Source: Octopus sinensis (Eukaryota). Taken from it: DNA of 64,000 nt. The notes under the pieces were generated by a model. It made no database searches and was not told the origin of the DNA. It saw only the letters and a program-made list of their open reading frames with translations. The position numbers were made by a program, and so were the translations under genes. Position 1 is the first letter of the stretch; each line of letters starts with the position of its first letter. The stretch is taken from positions 102,982,001 through 103,046,000 of the forward strand of contig NC_043004.1 of the NCBI RefSeq assembly GCF_006345805.1, given 5' to 3'. Positions 12,797-26,752 of the stretch are shown one piece after another.

Positions 12797-14066
12797 GCAT
12801 GCACGCACGCACATATACACAAATGAATTTTGCTGGAATGGTATATTACACGATTAACTGTCTAATTGTCAGACTTCATCACTAGCGGCTTTGCTTCCCA
12901 TTTTCTTCGTGGATAGTTCTACAAATTTCACCAGAGGCGTCAGGAAGCCCCCGGAGAACCATCATTTCAAAATAGCCAGTTTACTGTAAATACATTTTAA
13001 TCATAAATGCTATATCATGTTCCGATCTAATTTCAGCTCCTACTGCATAGTCTATCACAAAATTATTTTAAAAGAAATGTTATAGGCTTTCTATCATCAT
13101 CTAAGCTTTCCTTTTTCTATTTAGTGTGTGGGAAGGACAAATCAACCAAACGAAGTCCAACCTTTTTCAGGTTATTAAGTACAACAGAAAATCCTTTACA
13201 CACACACACACATTAGTATGTGTATGTGATGGGAAAGTTCCACTACATCGTTTCTGAGAAAAAAAGAGAAGATTCATTCAAGTTTCAGTTTAAGAGCTTC
13301 CAATCTGTTTAGCAATTTGAATTCAGTGTGAAGCGATGTGGATAATATCGAAGACAAAATCCGCCCCCGCCCCCCAAAAAAGCAAATCTCAGAGAATAAA
13401 ACCATTGAAGTTTCAAAGGAATTTTTTTTTTACGGAAGAACGTGTTTCGAAACAACTTGTAAATAAATCTTTTGTTTTGTCTTTCATGCTTTTCTATAAA
13501 GTAGAAAATGTGGCGCCCTCAATCTATCGTGAAGGCGAAAACGGAACCAGAGCAGAACATGTCTATTTAAATATCTGTTTATGTTTAATAATACATGTAT
13601 AAATATTCGAATACAAACATATTTTGTTCACGTGATATTATCATGTAAGACGGAGCAATGATTCAGCAGAAATTTTAGTGTGGTGAGCTAAATGTCTTTA
13701 CAGTATTTAGCTTCCTTCCCTATGATCTGAGTGTGAATCTCGTGACCCCCTCTTCTTTTCTTTTTGTTTTCATTCACATGTTCTCCCGATATGGTCAACA
13801 AAAAGAGAAAAAGAAACAACTGAAATGGATTTAATTCTCTCTTTGCTGATGACTGTGTCCTTGAGCCACGTTCATTGATACAAGTTTTGTAAATTGGTCG
13901 CTCCGGCCCATCACACAATCAGTTATTGTAGTAAGTAGAAGACAGCGTTGGTTTATTATCAAAGGCAGTCGTATGAACGAATGCCTGCATGTACAATCTG
14001 TCGTATAGTCTGGCTGTCAGCAACTAAGCCGGGAACTCTACCATCAAGGACTGACAAAAATTATTA

Positions 14067-14578
14067 CCCTAAATCCTCGAGTATAGTCCGCCCTTGAATA
14101 TAATACGCAGGGGATTTTTAGGGGGCTGTAACTCTGAAAAACCTAAACCTTGTGTATAATACGCACCTCTTCTCTAACTTGAGTCAAGGAGGTCTATATA
14201 ACGTCCTTAGTTTGTAAAACTGTATACGGTAACGTCTTTTATTATTAGTGTATATATAACATAATGCAAACATGTAGCTTTTTTGTGCATTTTATTTGCA
14301 GAAAATAAAGAAATAACAGTAATAACGTTTAATAAGTGTTGCTTACTGCAAGTTATGGATGATTCTTTTATGACTTCATTGCTTTCAGGCTTAGCTTAAG
14401 ATATTTTCGTGTCCGACATCACAAAACGCGTCTGAATAAACATTGCCGGACAGCAAATAGAGACTCGGACATTGCTTAGAAAATATTTTTCATTTTTAAC
14501 CTCGTATATAGTACGTACTAGGGATTTTGACCTTTAAATTTTGGGAAGAAAAGTGCGGATTATACTGAGGATTTACGG
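14067..14578. mobile_element. pogo/Tc2-type MITE, about 510 bp
   Basis: Left CCCTAAATCCTCGAGTATAGTCCGC versus reverse complement of right CCGTAAATCCTC-AGTATAATCCGC; TA on both flanks. Confidence 0.85.
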
Positions 14579-15029
14579 TAATTAAAAAATATTGTGAAAC
14601 ACGTGTATGTATGTATGTATGTATGTATGTATGTATGTATGTATGTATGTATGTATGTATGTATGTATGTACACAAACATGCATTTCTCAGCAAGGCATT
14701 TGGTTAGCTTATTAAGATGCAGTTAGTGAAAATAAGAAATTTCTTTTCAAAAGTTTTAGGTTTATAATATAACGAAATGTTTTTTAACGATCGTATTGAG
14801 AAATTTTATATGTATTTATCTGTGTATATACATTCATATATAATGAAAAATAAACAAAGAGGCCGGTAGAAAATACTGTTGCTATATTTATAAAAATGTA
14901 TCTGTGTATACGTGTCTATGCGTGTCCTTATATGGACAAAGACAAAGAGGAAGAGTGAGGAAAGGGAGAGAGACAGAGAAAGTCATATTTTTTCTTCCAA
15001 TGTTCTAACGAGCTACGTCTTTTACAAGA

Positions 15030-15200
15030 TATGTCTATCTTTTTTTTTTAATTTTATTCCCCCCTTTTTTATCCTCTTTCTTTCCCTTTACGATCCCTTT
15101 TGATCGAAAACCAAACCCCCTTTTTTTACCCCCAAAAGAAAAGCTCTACCTTGTAATTTGTCCTGTCTGTGTGCAGCCCTGTGTGGCTAATAAAGAAACA
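15030..15200 (+). mobile_element. Isolated 3' UTR/terminus of a Tx1-like LINE (second subfamily)
   Basis: AAAAGAAAAGCTCTACCTTGTAATTTGTCC...GTGTGGCTAATAAAG parallels the 3' end of the element at 17358-17418; followed by (TCTA)n. Confidence 0.65.
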
Positions 15201-15230
15201 TATCTATCTATCTATCTATCTATCTATCTG

Positions 15231-15294
<64 letters not shown>

Positions 15295-15323
15295 CGTACG
15301 TACGTACGTACCTACCTACTTAC

Positions 15324-15419
<96 letters not shown>

Positions 15420-15420
15420 T

Positions 15421-17420
15421 TACCAGACAAGCAGCTAAGGAACCTGGCATGGATGGGGCACTGATCAATTTGGATCGATCCAAAGCTTTCGATAGGGTAG
15501 ACCATCGATACTTGGAAGCTGTCCTCATAGCGGTTGGTTTCGGTCCCGTTTTCCGTGGCTGGATCGCTGCCTTATACAAAGGCATCCGTTCGGTGATTCG
15601 CGTGAATGGGCATCTATCAAGACCATTCGACATTGCACGTTCGGTACGTCAGGGATGCCCGATCTTGTCGCTTCTGTACGTATTGACCCTCCAGCCACTA
15701 CCGCGGAAGCTGGCAACGCTGAGGGGCATCCTACGAGAATTGGGATGCGAGACGAGCATGTCCGCATACGCGGACGACGTCACCGTCAAAGTGTCTAGCC
15801 ACGTGCACATTGAGCTGGTCGGCGAGATACTGAAAGACTACGAAGTGGTAACAGGAGCGAAAATTGACCGGGGAAAATCAGTGGACTTGTGATTCGGCAC
15901 TTGGAGAAGCAAGTCCATGTCGTCCAGCAGCGCTTCCGTTGTGGGACGCTGGACCGACGGTCCGGTCAAGTTGCTCGGGCTCTGGTTTGCTCCGGACCTC
16001 CAAATGGAGAAGTTCTGGGACAAGATAACGATTAGAGTAGCCACTCTCGCTCGGCAATGGGCCGAGAGGAAGCTATCCCTAAAAGGTCAGGCGGAGGTGG
16101 CGAACGCGTACATTGCGTCCGTCATCTACTACCGCCTGACCGTCGTGCCTTGTCCCGACCTTACCATCACCAAATTGGAACTCATCTTCTTCCGCTAGTG
16201 GAAAGGAAGGTTTCCGATGGTCAGGCGATCCGTTTGCTGCCAACATGCACTAACAGAAGGGCTGGGTATGCCATGTTTAATGTTGCGCAGACTTGCGCTG
16301 TGACAGCGACGTCTCCGGCTCTACGTAGACGACGGTGAACGGGTGTGGTCGCCGTTTGTGAGGCACGCTTTTCTGCAGCTCGTCTCCATGACCGAACTGC
16401 AATCGTGGATCAAAAAGAGGCCGAGGAAGGGCGAATGGCACCGCGAGTGTCGCGTTGCTCTCGAGCAACTATGCCGTGCCGGGTCGACCTTGAGCGACTG
16501 CATCATCACGAAAGCATTCTATAGGGATTAGTGGAGGGGAGGTACGACGACGATCTCGGGGAGAATCTGGGCGTCGACGAGGAATACCTGACCTGCCTGT
16601 TCAAGACGACTTTTGGGCCGGGACCTATGGACAACTTCCAGAGGTCCCTGGCCTGGCAGTGCTATCGAGAAGCGCTACCCGTTCGGGATAAGCTCTACAG
16701 GCATGACTCCAGAAACACGGGGCCGACCTGCCCGAGATGCGATCAGAGCGACGAAACCGTTCTGCACGCATCGTGCAGTGTCCAACAATTTCCGACCTGT
16801 AAGCTTATGTCGAACGAATGCTGTCGCGTGTAGGACAAGTCGGTTTATCAGCCGAGTCTATCGTCAATATTGTCGCGTCTCCTTCCTTCAAACGGGAAAG
16901 AAGAGCCATTCTTATCATACTTGTGGCTATGGCGAAAGAATGTGTATGGTGGACGCGTCTGAAAGGCCTAGAGACAAACACTTTCCTCTCTGGTCAATCT
17001 ATCATCAACTTCTTCAAGTATCACTTGAAAAGGAAAGTGAGAGTAGAGAGTGAAGTTTTGTCTAGTGAATGTTTCAAAAAAAGATGGGTGAATGTAGCAA
17101 GGATGGCACGTGTGAATGACGAAGCCACCTTGAGCATAATCTTATAAACCAGAAAAAGAAAGGAAAAAGAGAGTAACTTATTGTTTTTGTATAATATTAT
17201 TGTCCGAGGTCTTTTGGTAGGTTTTTCTTTCCACGGATAAACCTCCCCACTTTTGGGAACTCTACTTTTTATATTGACACTATTTCGTTTTTTTTTACGT
17301 CCCAAACGATTTCGATGCCTTTTGATAGTTGTCCCTATTTTTTTTCGCCCCACCTCGAAAAGAAAAACTCTACATTGTATATGTCCCCTCTGTGATTGGC
17401 CTAGTGTGGCTAATAAAGTT
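15421..17420 (+). mobile_element. Tx1 (L1-Tx1) LINE, 5'-truncated, copy 1; ORF2 pseudogene
   Basis: [32 protein letters not shown]; zf-RVT LAWQCYREALPVRDKL...CPRCDQSDETVLH; ORF ends 17147; T-rich 3' UTR; AATAAA at 17412. Confidence 0.92.
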
Positions 17421-17470
17421 ATTTACCTGTTAGTCTGTCTATTTACCTGACTGTCTATCCTGTCTACCTG

Positions 17471-17564
<94 letters not shown>

Positions 17565-17671
17565 CGTACGTACGTACGTACCTACCTACTTACCTATCTA
17601 TCTATCTATCTATCTATATCTATCTATCTATCTATCTATCTATCATCTATCTATCTATCTATCTGTCTGTC

Positions 17672-17705
<34 letters not shown>

Positions 17706-17706
17706 T

Positions 17707-19703
17707 TACCAGACAAGCAGCTAAGGAACCTGGCATGGATGGGGCACTGATCAATTTGGATCGATCCAAAGCTTTCGATAGGGTAGACCATCGATACTTG
17801 GAAGCTGTCCTCATAGCGGTTGGTTTCGGTCCCGTTTTCCGTGGCTGGATCGCTGCCTTATACAAAGGCATCCGTTCGGTGATTCGCGTGAATGGGCATC
17901 TATCAAGACCATTCGACATTGCACGTTCGGTACGTCAGGGATGCCCGATCTTGTCGCTTCTGTACGTATTGACCCTCCAGCCACTACCGCGGAAGCTGGC
18001 AACGCTGAGGGGCATCCTACGAGAATTGGGATGCGAGACGAGCATGTCCGCATACGCGGACGACGTCACCGTCAAAGTGTCTAGCCACGTGCACATTGAG
18101 CTGGTCGGCGAGAGATACTGAAAGACTACGAAGTGGTAACAGGAGCGAAAATTGACCGGGGAAAATCAGTGGACTTGTGATTCGGCACTTGGAGAAGCAA
18201 GTCCATGTCGTCCAGCAGCGCTTCCGTTGTGGGACGCTGGACCGACGGTCCGGTCAAGTTGCTCGGGCTCTGGTTGCTCCGGACCTCCAAATGGAGAAGT
18301 TCTGGGACAAGATAACGATTAGAGTAGCCACTCTCGCTCGGCAATGGGCCGAGAGGAAGCTATCCCTAAAAGGTCAGGCGGAGGTGGCGAACGCGTACAT
18401 TGCGTCCGTCATCTACTACCGCCTGACCGTCGTGCCTTGTCCCGACCTTACCATCACCAAATTGGAACTCATCTTCTCCGCTAGTGGAAAGGAAGGTTTC
18501 CGATGGTCAGGCGATCCGTTTGCTGCCAACATGCACTAACAGAAGGGCTGGGTATGCCATGTTTAATGTGCGCAGACTTGCGCTGTGACAGCGACGTCTC
18601 CGGCTCTACGTAGACGACGGTGAAGGGTGTGGTCGCCGTTTGTGAGGCACGCTTTTCTGCAGCTCGTCTCCATGACCGAACTGCAATCGTGGATCAAAAA
18701 GAGGCCGAGGAAGGGCGAATGGCACCGCGAGTGTCGCGTTGCTCTCGAGCAACTATGCCGTGCCGGGTCGACCTTGAGCGACTGCATCATCACGAAAGCA
18801 TTCTATAGGGATTAGTGGAGGGGAGGTACGACGACGATCTCGGGGAGAATCTGGGCGTCGACGAGGAATACCTGACCTGCCTGTTCAAGACGACTTTTGG
18901 GCCGGGACCTATGGACAACTTCCAGAGGTCCCTGGCCTGGCAGTGCTATCGAGAAGCGCTACCCGTTCGGGATAAGCTCTACAGGCATGACTCCAGAAAC
19001 ACGGGGCCGACCTGCCGAGATGCGATCAGAGCGACGAAACCGTTCTGCACGCATCGTGCAGTGTCCAACAATTTCCGACCTGTAAGCTTATGTCGAACGA
19101 ATGCTGTCGCGTGTAGGACAAGTCGGTTTATCAGCCGAGTCTATCGTCAATATTGTCGCGTCTCCTTCCTTCAAACGGGAAAGAAGAGCCATTCTTATCA
19201 TACTTGTGGCTATGGCGAAAGAATGTGTATGGTGGACGCGTCTGAAAGGCCTAGAGACAAACACTTTCCTCTCTGGTCAATCTATCATCAACTTCTTCAA
19301 GTATCACTTGAAAAGGAAAGTGAGAGTAGAGAGTGAAGTTTTGTCTAGTGAATGTTTCAAAAAAAGATGGGTGAATGTAGCAAGGATGGCACGTGTGAAT
19401 GACGAAGCCACCTTGAGCATAATCTTATAAACCAGAAAAAGAAAGGAAAAAGAGAGTAACTTATTGTTTTTGTATAATATTATTGTCCGAGGTCTTTTGG
19501 TAGATTTTTCTTTCCACGGATAAACCTCCCCACTTTTGGGAACTCTACTTTTTATATTGACACTATTTCGTTTTTTTTTACGTCCCAAACGATTTCGATG
19601 CCTTTTGATAGTTGTCCCTATTTTTTTTCGCCCCACCTCGAAAAGAAAAACTCTACATTGTATATGTCCCCTCTGTGATTGGCCTAGTGTGGCTAATAAA
19701 GTT
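17707..19703 (+). mobile_element. Tx1 LINE copy 2, tandem duplicate of copy 1
   Basis: Near-identical at an offset of 2286 shrinking to 2283; differs mainly by small indels. Confidence 0.92.
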
Positions 19704-19753
19704 ATTTACCTGTTAGTCTGTCTATTTACCTGACTGTCTATCCTGTCTACCTG

Positions 19754-19838
<85 letters not shown>

Positions 19839-20419
19839 TTTTAATGAACGCATTAAAAACAATACGCTAAATGTCAACACACACACGCACACATTCGGGT
19901 ATATACTTACACACACATTTGTACTCCTCAAACGCATACACTCTCTCTTTCTCTTTCACACACATGCATGTACACTCTCTCACATAACAATTAAACATTT
20001 TCGAGAACAAACAATAGCAATTATATTTCCCATTCAATTTACCCGTAATATAACCTTTGTGACGATTTCTCACCCCCGCAATCTAGTTTGGTGTCTTCAA
20101 GTGCAATATTTGACGATAAAGGAATTTTTTTTAAGAAGTAAAAATGAAAGTAATACAAGAGAGTAAAAAAAAGCATCAACAGGTAATACCAAGGAGTTGA
20201 AAAGAAAAAAAGAAAAGAAAGTAAAAAGTCATACTAATGATATCGAAATTGTGAAACGAGTGATCTAGGAAATAAATATAACGCAAAGGAAAATGTAGTA
20301 AAGGAAAAATGCAAGTGTAAAAAAGTATTGAATGAAGTTATTTTAATGAATGGGTGCCACCTTCAATTGTTTGCGCTATACATACATACACAATATATAT
20401 ACATACACATATACATAGA

Positions 20420-20515
<96 letters not shown>

Positions 20516-21484
20516 AAAGAAAATATTGTTATTGAAACCACAATTACGTAAGCGAACACTATTACCGGAACGAAGGCAGTCATTTGAGCCCAAAACTTGT
20601 TTGTTATCTGAGCTAATCCCACCCACTGAAGTTACTTTTGATGATTAGATTGCTTTGTGCCATTTCATGTGATTTCATCTTTGAATCCGCCTTGTCTATA
20701 CGAAGGACATGTGTTACTTGTCTGTAGCTGCCGATTCACTTCTAGCGAAACTTCTATTCTGCCTTAGTCTCTATTCAAAACCTATGTTGGCCAGTGAATG
20801 AGAGCCAATGCCTAAAACTAAATCTTTGATTGAAATCAACTGTACAACTGTAAGTCAACTTTACACAGTGAATCAGCTTACTACAGTTTCAAACAGTGGC
20901 GGCTTGTGTATAGGAACTGCGGAACTGCAACACTCACTATTTCCACTCGATATTATCGATAACATTCAATATAATGAGTCCTTTTTTCTCTTATTCTTTC
21001 TTTATGCTTGTACATTATATAATCCTTAAGATTAATGTCAGTAGCTATCCCATAGGTCATGAAAAAAAAATGCAAAAATCCTTGTAGAGAACTGTGTGCT
21101 TCACAGTTGCAGCGACGCGGTGTTTGGTTGTTGTGGGTATGCTCACATGTCCGTGATAGGAAGCTTCACACTAGGGAGAGAAGGCATTGCGTGAACGACA
21201 GTGCCGGGTGAAAGGTGGTGTTTCTTTTTGACTTCGCATGTATTGTGTTTAAAAACGCGTTTATATTCTTGAATGTGGTAAAGTGTAGAATTAGATTATT
21301 ATCCTGCTTCCAGCTTCTGTGTTGCTGCCAGGATTTGAAAAATGGGGCACTTCTCCCCGATTTATTTTGTGATTTAGGGGTGATTTTTGAAAAACAAGAG
21401 GGAATTCACGACGGTGTTCAGGGAACAAATTAAATATACTACTCGCAGTAGCTAAAACACGAACCGATGAAATTTATGTACTCA

Positions 21485-21686
21485 TTTACTCCTTTACTTG
21501 TTTCAGTCATTTGACTGTGGCCATGCTGGAGCACCGCCAGCAGTCGAGCAAATCGACCCCAAGACTTATACTTTGTAAGCCTAGTACTTATTCTATCGGT
21601 CTCTTTTGCCGAACTGCTAAGTTACGGGAACGTATACATACCAGCATCGGTTGTTAAGCGATGTTGGGGGGACAAACACAGACACA

Positions 21687-21773
<87 letters not shown>

Positions 21774-21969
21774 ACACACATATATATATATATATATACA
21801 TATATACGACGGGCTTCTTTCAGTTTCCGTCTACCAAATCCACTCACAAGTCTTTGGTCGGCTCGAGGCTATAGTAGAAGACACTTGGCCAAGATGCCAC
21901 CCAGTGGGACTGAACCCGGAACCATGTGGCTGGTAAGCAAGCTACTTACCACACAGCCACTCCTACGCC
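21485..21969 (-). mobile_element. SINE family A
   Basis: Full-length; expanded internal (CA)n. Confidence 0.9.
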
Positions 21970-22897
21970 TATGTATGAATTTTCTTTTTATGTCTGTTTC
22001 CTTTTACACCAAATTCAAACAACGACTAAAAATTTTCTGAAGCAGTACTCCCACTAATTTTATCTACGAGCCGCCACTGGTTTCAAACAACCGTAACCAT
22101 TTAATCAGTCCTACTCTGAGTTAGTCCTCATATTCAATACTTCATGCCGTCTCATTCTTTCACGTGAGGTATCAGTTTTGACACACTTTGGCTATATCCT
22201 GGTTATATGCTTATAAACAGTGGCAAATAATTAGAATTACACAAATGACATCGTCTGAAACCGATCGCATGAGTAATGCTTAAAAATCGACAAACATTTT
22301 GTTTAATTCGCCTGAAGAAATGTAGTTGAAATCTTTATATTCAATCAGAGGCAACAATGAATTGAATTTTAAAAGTATGTTTTCGAATTGTTTCTTTTTA
22401 CTTCTCATTTTATTCGAAAATATGTTTGTTTTGGATATTTGTATATTTTAAAGTCGATGAAGGGTTTATGGTGAGATATTAAATGTAGGATAAATATTCA
22501 TCTATGTGTTATACTTAATGTCATCGCCGATAGGCCAGTTATCGCAATATTCATCCAAAGATAACATCTCTTATGGGCCATCCACAGTGTAGATATATAG
22601 ATTATTTTAATTAAGTACTACCTAAATTCCAAATAACAGATTTTTAATCAACCGGGCAGCTTTTCGCAACATCAGCGATTGATTTTTTAAAACTTTTCCT
22701 ATATCAGAGACGATGAATTCTCGTCTGAGAATGTGGCTAGCTGCGTGTATGTGCCATTGAAAAGGCCAAAAAAGGCCGGAGTGCATCTGGCACTCTCGCT
22801 AACTGTTACTGAGATTAACTTTCCTTCCCTCTCTGATATTTTGTGCTTTTAACTGTCTATGTATTTATTTAGCTAGCTAATTGTATATCAAACTATG

Positions 22898-23035
22898 GCG
22901 GCAAGCTGGCAGAATCGTTAGCACGTCGGACGAACTACTCAGCGGCATCTCTTCCGATTCTTTACATTTTGAGCTGAAAACCCCCTGTGGTCAATTTCAT
23001 CCTTCTGGAGTCGATAAAAAAAAGTACCAGTCAAG
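22898..23035 (+). mobile_element. SINE family B, degenerate
   Basis: GGCAAGCTGGCAGAATCGTTAGCAC head; TTTCATCCTTCTGGAGTCGATAAA. Confidence 0.7.
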
Positions 23036-23479
23036 GGCCGGAGGCTGATGCATTTGACTAACCCTTTCTCATAAAATAGTGTGTTGGCTTTATACCAAAA
23101 TTTGAAATAACTGTGTGTCAATCTATATACATGAACGCAGATACGGACATGCGCGTTTCTATATTTTCAGTTATCTTTACCTTATATGGGTTTTTGTCAT
23201 CGGTGTGATATGAAATCAAAACAATTAATTTCAAAACAATTAATTTCAGTAACATGTTCAATTATAAACCAATTTCGTTTGAGATTGTTGACCAAAGAAA
23301 TAGATATCGATCTGATGTACGAAGATGGTATAAGAAACAAAATTTGTGTCCAGTCTGCAAACCGATTATTTGCAGACTATATAGGTTTAATCACAGATTA
23401 TATAGGTTTATATCACTGTACCGTGCCGTCAATTCTTTGTACTATAGGTACAAGGAAAGGATTTTTTTTTGTGGGCTGG

Positions 23480-23640
23480 GTGCAGCTAGTCGATTATATC
23501 GGCCCTTGTGCTCGCCTGATACTTGTTTGATCGACTTCGAAGGATAAATAGCAAACCCCATCTCGGCTGAATTTGAACTCAAAACGTAAAACCTGAAGAA
23601 ATGCCGCAAAGAAATGCCAGGTCGCCGTTTTCGTACCGTC
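23480..23640 (-). mobile_element. SINE family B, degenerate
   Basis: Reverse complement resembles the family B body (GAGTTCAAATTCAGCCGAG...CCTTCGAAGTCGAT). Confidence 0.6.
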
Positions 23641-23646
23641 AATATT

Positions 23647-23852
23647 CTTTTACTCTTTTATTTGTTTCAATCATTTGACTGCGGCCACGCTGGAGCACTA
23701 CCTTTAGTCGAGCAAATCGACCCCAGGACTTATTCTTAGTAAGCCTAGTACTTATTCTATCGGTCTCTTTTGCCGAACCGCTAAGCTACGGAGACGTAAA
23801 CACACCAGCATCGGTTGTCAAGCGATGTTGGAGGGGATGGGGGCAAACACAC

Positions 23853-23933
<81 letters not shown>

Positions 23934-24066
23934 CGACAGACTTCGTTCAGTTTCCGTTTTACCAAATCCACTCACAAGGCTTTGATCGGCCTCAGGCTAT
24001 AGTAGACTGAACCCAGAACCATGTGGTTGGTAAGCAAGCTACTTACCACACAGACACTCCTGCGCC
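23647..24066 (-). mobile_element. SINE family A with internal deletion
   Basis: Family A head and tail; CORE-like segment missing. Confidence 0.85.
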
Positions 24067-25617
24067 TATACTGACTCGTTTATCTTATTTTTAAAATAAT
24101 GTTAAAATAATAAGGAAATATAATTAAAAATATGTTAATTTAGTTTTATTTCTCCGTACAAATATCTACAGACTGTAATTTAACTTACATTAATCTGTGA
24201 ACCTCACAATTTTCTTTTTTATGTGTTTACATAACAATTTCCCTCACTACTGCCATAGGCGCACATGCCACATACACACACACGCTCGCACACACATGTA
24301 CATGTACTCGCACACACGACACACACATACACTTATAAACACGTGCACACACATACACGAACACGCACGTACACAACAAACACCTGCGCACACAAATACG
24401 GTTCCATGGAAAGGTTACCTTTCTGTTTTTTTTCTCTACAAAACAAAGAAACTTAATACATTTTTCATGTATACTGTATATGGTTACGCAGGTACTTGTG
24501 TGTGAGCGTGTGTGCGCGCTCATGTGTTTGTGTGCGGTTGAGTCAGAGTGTGTGGCCATGCTAAAGCAACACCATTGATGTTGTTGTTATGATATTTTGT
24601 TTCATATCCGCGGCATTCTCTCCGTGTTCGGTTTTGATGAACGAATGAGGTAGACAACGCCGCTTCATGCAACGATAGGGATTTATCTGTTTTCCCCAAT
24701 AAAAAATTGACCATTAGTGATTTTTGGGTAATCGTGTAGTTTGAGTCCTAAAAAGTGAAAGTAAATTATGATAAAAAACGAAAGTGATGATAGCGAAATC
24801 CCACGATTCTGTTATGTTTATATAACATGAAAATGATGTCTAGAATATACATATATCTATTTTGTAATGACAGATGCTACCTTAATAAAACATCGCTTAT
24901 TCTACATTTTCACCTGAGTTTCTTGGCGAGTACCCACTGCCCCTCGATAAACTGTGTATAGAAGACCTCATCGTTGGATCAACAAAATTTAAATTCATAG
25001 CGTCACAGCTATATATGTAACCTAAACTAACATAGGTGGTCAAGTTTTTGGATATCAAACGCGCCGCTGTTGATATCCATCGTGGTGATATCCATTGTGT
25101 TTTGCACGTATGATCAAGGATCTCCAATTCAATTCCCTCTTTTCCCTGGTGATATTTTCGTTGCTTGCATTTACGAAATTTTGGGATTCCACAACCGTCA
25201 CCGGCGAGGCAAATTTACTTTCTCTTTTTATAATACTAAACTACATCTTAACTGGTTTTGAATACTTCCACGCCGATGCTTCGTAAATCTCTGCTATTCC
25301 TGTTCCAGTCTGTCATATCAGATTTAAAAAAATAAAAATAAATTGCTCGAAGAGATCTAACATCCGATCTCAAGAAGCAGGAAGCTACTGACAACTTTCC
25401 AAAATCAAACGTAAAGTGCATCCAACATTCTCTGGACAAATGTTACCGATATAATGACGTCATGCCGATAATAAAAAAAATTGTTTTGTCTTTGGATTAG
25501 AGCCGGCTGATTATCTAATAAATTTCGAATAGTCACACTCGTACTCACATAATAAAAGCATATATATTTAGACAGGTATAATATAAACATACATGTGTGT
25601 GTATACAAGGTATTATA

Positions 25618-25673
<56 letters not shown>

Positions 25674-25681
25674 TATTATTA

Positions 25682-25728
<47 letters not shown>

Positions 25729-25742
25729 CATCATTATTATTA

Positions 25743-25801
<59 letters not shown>

Positions 25802-25953
25802 TAAATGGATGAATGAATTTTCCTTTGTTTATCGTTAACATGGAAAATTCAATAAACAGTTACCAGGGTAGCAAAATCCACGCAAGTAACAAAGATATAG
25901 CGACCTATTCAAAAGTAGAAACTCCGGGTTAATGTGCAGTAATTTGTATAGTA

Positions 25954-26552
25954 TAAGTAAATAAATGGAGTTGAACTTAGCTGTTATTCAAATTCTTTTA
26001 CTTTCGACATATGTTTTTGTAACATTTGCAACTCTGAACTCTTCCATATTCTCTTCTCTAAGAATCACCTTGTTAACACACTTATAGAGCGATCTTACAA
26101 ATGTAAGCACTGACGGAAACATACCTTTAGCTCATATAAGTGATTTTACCAGTCTGTATAGTTTGAACATTTAGTTCACCTTGCACTTTACTTCACTAGA
26201 GAAATCTATTTCCAAGCCTTTGAACATTTTTTCAACAAATATATCCCCTCTTTATTTGTTCTCTACATATTATATCTTTTCCCTTTCTCTTCCTAGGGTT
26301 TGCCCTTGACGTCGGATCTGTTAACGTTTTTTTAAAAATATATTTAATAGCGTTCTGTTTATCATTTATACACTCATCAAAATTGTTATAATGTCTTGTT
26401 GTTGAGATAGGTTCTCTTTCTTTCCTGATAAGAAGATTATATTCTTTTACACCGTTTATTCCTTTGGAATAAAACCAATGTTGTCTTCGAAACATATGTC
26501 GAAAGTAAAAGAATTTGAATAACACCTGCGTTCAACTCCATTTAATTACTTA
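25954..26552. repeat. Fold-back element with 63-bp inverted arms (25954-26016 / 26490-26552), PLE-terminus-like
   Basis: Arms read directly; the right arm overlaps a hammerhead motif. Confidence 0.8.
26412..26513 (+). ncRNA. Type-I hammerhead ribozyme motif, degenerate (G8 to A)
   Basis: CTTTC/GAAAG stem I; CTGATAA 26425-26431; GAAGA/TCTTC stem II; GAAA; palindrome ACATATGT; GUC site at 26500. Confidence 0.6.
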
Positions 26553-26593
26553 GATTATATGTATGCATATGTATATATATACGTAATTATACA

Positions 26594-26661
<68 letters not shown>

Positions 26662-26662
26662 A

Positions 26663-26752
<90 letters not shown>

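Noticed and set aside
14564-14615. CTGAGGA...GAAACACGTGTA hammerhead-like string
   Set aside because: CTGAGGA comes from a deletion in the MITE TIR and no stem II forms
15200-19840. CRISPR-like or satellite interpretation of the repeated blocks
   Set aside because: Eukaryotic microsatellites and a LINE duplication; no repeat-spacer array
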